DNA from: an uncultured Bacteroidota bacterium
GTDB taxonomy: Bacteria > Bacteroidota > Bacteroidia > Bacteroidales > P3
DNA: 64,000 nt
Direction of reading: 5' to 3'
Assembly: GCA_902775135.1 (NCBI GenBank)
Contig: CACYKY010000007.1
Location: forward strand, 56,751 to 120,750
Below the pieces are notes generated by a model that did not search any database, was not told the DNA's origin, and saw only the letters and a list, made by a program, of their open reading frames with translations. Below are positions 61,304 through 64,000 of the stretch, piece by piece. Positions within the stretch are counted from its first letter, which is position 1. Each line of letters begins with the position of its first letter. The translations under genes were made by a program, and so were the position numbers.

Positions 61304-64000
61304 ATGGTACAAACCGAAGCACAACTGGAACAGCAGTTCCTTGAGAGATTGCAAGAATTGAAGTACACCTATCGTCCCGACATCCGCGACCTCGACTCGC
61401 TCGAGTGCAATTTCCGCGAGAAGTTTGAACGACTCAATTTCGTCACCCTTTCCGACGACGAATTCCGCAAGTTGCTTGATGAAAACATCACCTCCGACGT
61501 CTTCACGGCATCCAAGCACCTGCGCGAGAAACAGACCTTCACCCGCAACGACGGCACCACCTTCGACTACTCGCTCGTCAACCTGCGCGACTGGTGCAAG
61601 AATGAATACGAGGTGGTCAACCAGCTCACCATCAATACTGCCAATAGCCACCAGCGCTACGACGTCATCATCCTCGTCAACGGTCTCCCCTTGGTACAGA
61701 TAGAGCTCAAGCGGCACAGCGTGTCGCCACTCAAGGCTGTGGAGCAGATTGTTGCCTACAAGCAGGAGCGCGGCAACGGCTATCTCACCTCCCTGATGTG
61801 CTTCATGCAGCTCTTCATCGTTAGCAACGGCACCAGCGACACCATGTACTTCGCCAACAACAACGACGAGCACTTCCATTTCGACGCCACCAACTGCTAC
61901 CTGCCCGTCTACCACGCTGCCGACGAGCAGAACCACATCGTTGCCGGCCTCTACAATTTCTCCGACCTGATGCTCACCAAGGTGGCCCTCGGCGAACTCA
62001 TCAGCCGCTATATGGTGCTGGTGGAGACAGAACGCAAAATCCTTGTGATGCGTCCCTATCAGATCTACGCCGTCAAGAGCATCGTCAACCGCGTGCACGA
62101 GAACAGCGGCAACGGCTTCATCTGGCACACCACCGGCAGCGGCAAGACGCTCACCAGTTTCAAGGCTTCCACGTTGCTGAAAGACAACAAGGACATCGAG
62201 AAGTGCGTCTTTGTGGTCGACCGCAAAGACCTCGACAAGCAGACGCGCGAGGAGTTCAACAAGTTTCAGGAGGGTTGTGTGGAGCGCAATGCCAACACAG
62301 GAGCCCTTGTTGCACGTCTCGAAAGCGACGACTATGCCGACAAGGTCATCGTCACCACCATCCAGAAGCTAGGCAAAGCCCTCGACACCAGCAACAAGAA
62401 CAAATACTACCAGCGCCTTGAACGCATCAAGGACAAACGCATCGTCTTCATCTTCGACGAGTGCCACCGCTCACAGTTCGGCGACAACCACAAAGCCATC
62501 CGCGCTTTCTTCCCCCACGCGCAGCTCTTCGGGTTCACGGGAACACCCATCTTCGAAGAGAACAGCCACTATGTGCGTGTCGACGGTCAACAGGCGCAGT
62601 ACATCACCACCAAGGATGTCTTCCAGGAGGCGTTGCACGAATACACCATCACGCACGCCATCCGCGACAACAACGTCCTTGGCTTCAAGGTGGAATACTA
62701 CGACAATAAACCCTCCTCCAATAAGGCCACAGCCAAACCGCTGACCAAAAACCAGATTGTCAACCATATCCTCGACAACCACGACAAGCTCACCGCCCAC
62801 CGTCGCTTCAACGCGCTGTTGGCCACACCCTCCATCCCCGATGCCATCCGCTATTGCGAACTCTTCAACGAGGAGCAGCAGCGCAGGAAGGAGTCCGACC
62901 CCGACTATGAGCCGCTCAACATCACAGCCGTCTTCACGCCGCCCATGCGTAGCAGCAGCGACGAAGACCTGCCCCAGGAGGAAGCCGACAACCAGAAGCA
63001 CCCCGACGAGAACAACAAAGCGCTGAAAACCATTATCGACCGCTACAACCAGCAGTTCGGCACCAATTTCTCCGTCGACCTCTTCGACGAGTACTATGCC
63101 GACATACAGCAGCGCATCAAGGACCAGAAATACCCCAACAAGGACTATCCGCACGCCAAGAAGCTGGACATCGTCATTGTGGTCGACATGATGCTCACGG
63201 GCTTCGACAGCAAGTTCCTCAACACCCTCTATGTCGACAAAGACCTCAAGTGGCACGGGTTGATACAGGCCTTCAGCCGCACCAACCGCATCCTCGACGG
63301 CACCAAACCCTACGGCAACATCATCTGTTATCGCGACCTGCGGAGTGCGTTGGACGACGCAATGGTGCGTTTCAGCGGATACGACCCCGAGAAGAGCAAG
63401 GAATACTGGCTGGTGGAACCTGCCGAAAAGGTGGTGGAGAAATACCAAAAGGCCATCTCCAATCTGAAGACGGTGATGAACGGTATGGGCCTCGAATGCC
63501 GACCGGACGAGGTAGTCAACATCCCGCAGGGCGAGAACACCAATAATTTCATCGAGGCCTTCAAGGAAGTGCAACGCCTCTCGCTCAAGTTGGATCAGTA
63601 TGTCGAACTTCCCGAGGAGTTGAAGGACACCATCGAAGGGGCGATGACAGACGACACCTTGCAGTCGTTCCGCACCGCATACCTAGACCTTGCCCGACGC
63701 GGGCGTCCCACCGATACCGGCGCCAGAGGCCCGCGCACTCCCGAAGGTGACGAACCCGATTTCGAGCTCTCGCTCTTCAGCTCGGCATTGGTCGACTACG
63801 ACTATATTATGCACCTGCTGGCGCGCTACACCAGCACCCATCACGAGAAGGTGCGAATCACCAAGGAGCAGCTGCTCGAAATCCTTGCTGGTAGCGTGAA
63901 CCTGATGAACGAGCGCGAGCTCCTCGAAGCCTTCATCAAGGAGGAGATACACCAAGGCAGCGGCCTCACCGAAGACGAAATCCGTCAGCGCTACCAAGCC
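61304..64000 (+). CDS. hsdR: type I restriction endonuclease R subunit (EcoR124-like), 3' end beyond the window
   Basis: Manual translation shows 899 codons with no stop to the window edge, so it is absent from the ORF track. N-terminal nuclease region (YDVIILVNGLPLVQIELK). Helicase motif I GFIWHTTGSGKT, motif II FIFDECHRSQ, FGFTGTP, motif VI QAFSRTNR. Confidence 0.9.
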   Translation, partial: MVQTEAQLEQQFLERLQELKYTYRPDIRDLDSLECNFREKFERLNFVTLSDDEFRKLLDENITSDVFTASKHLREKQTFTRNDGTTFDYSLVNLRDWCKNEYEVVNQLTINTANSHQRYDVIILVNGLPLVQIELKRHSVSPLKAVEQIVAYKQERGNGYLTSLMCFMQLFIVSNGTSDTMYFANNNDEHFHFDATNCYLPVYHAADEQNHIVAGLYNFSDLMLTKVALGELISRYMVLVETERKILVMRPYQIYAVKSIVNRVHENSGNGFIWHTTGSGKTLTSFKASTLLKDNKDIEKCVFVVDRKDLDKQTREEFNKFQEGCVERNANTGALVARLESDDYADKVIVTTIQKLGKALDTSNKNKYYQRLERIKDKRIVFIFDECHRSQFGDNHKAIRAFFPHAQLFGFTGTPIFEENSHYVRVDGQQAQYITTKDVFQEALHEYTITHAIRDNNVLGFKVEYYDNKPSSNKATAKPLTKNQIVNHILDNHDKLTAHRRFNALLATPSIPDAIRYCELFNEEQQRRKESDPDYEPLNITAVFTPPMRSSSDEDLPQEEADNQKHPDENNKALKTIIDRYNQQFGTNFSVDLFDEYYADIQQRIKDQKYPNKDYPHAKKLDIVIVVDMMLTGFDSKFLNTLYVDKDLKWHGLIQAFSRTNRILDGTKPYGNIICYRDLRSALDDAMVRFSGYDPEKSKEYWLVEPAEKVVEKYQKAISNLKTVMNGMGLECRPDEVVNIPQGENTNNFIEAFKEVQRLSLKLDQYVELPEELKDTIEGAMTDDTLQSFRTAYLDLARRGRPTDTGARGPRTPEGDEPDFELSLFSSALVDYDYIMHLLARYTSTHHEKVRITKEQLLEILAGSVNLMNERELLEAFIKEEIHQGSGLTEDEIRQRYQA

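Noticed and set aside
61178-63574. 316-aa and 367-aa minus-strand ORFs in the last 3 kb
   Set aside because: They are antisense to the manually translated hsdR frame, which carries helicase motifs I, II and VI and has no stop for 899 codons.

Overview
This is a 64-kb chromosomal segment from a high-G+C Bacteroidota (Bacteroidales-like) genome. The assignment rests on TAnnTTTG -7 promoter boxes, a FeoA-FeoB fusion, T9SS type A and type B C-terminal sorting domains, and DUF3822, DUF4838 and DUF2147 families. I call about 57 protein genes, one tRNA-Arg(ACG) and RNase P RNA (rnpB, minus strand, hidden under spurious ORFs). I also call a 52-aa FeoB-associated Cys-rich ORF below the ORF-track cutoff, and a type I restriction R-subunit gene (hsdR). 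The hsdR gene runs off the right edge and is therefore absent from the ORF track. Most content is housekeeping: tgt, der, trxA, purC, rsmD, trmO, yebC, an ABC-F ATPase, an NfnAB-like fusion, feoAB and a SulP transporter. There is an ornithine carbamoyltransferase / carbamate kinase catabolic cluster with two transporters and an M28 peptidase. Accessory content includes two T9SS cargo loci: a 1260-aa type-B-CTD beta-propeller/PKD protein, and a 1602-aa BspA-type LRR protein with a FISUMP lipoprotein and a 92-aa Gly-rich peptide. There are also two ECF sigma modules with non-canonical partners. At the right end lies an AT-rich ~1.9-kb cassette bounded by a perfect 30-bp direct repeat. It carries an orphan 380-aa membrane protein and an IS4-like transposase remnant, and it sits next to a WYL regulator and hsdR. 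This cassette is my best candidate for an undescribed (defence-like) function, but the function is inference only. The most unusual structural signal is that nearly every intergenic spacer is filled with short-period tandem arrays, mostly heptamers such as TTTCAAT, and several start and stop codons are built from the repeat units. Long antisense ORFs in the track are G+C-driven shadow ORFs and were rejected. All family assignments come from motif recognition by eye; no database search was run.
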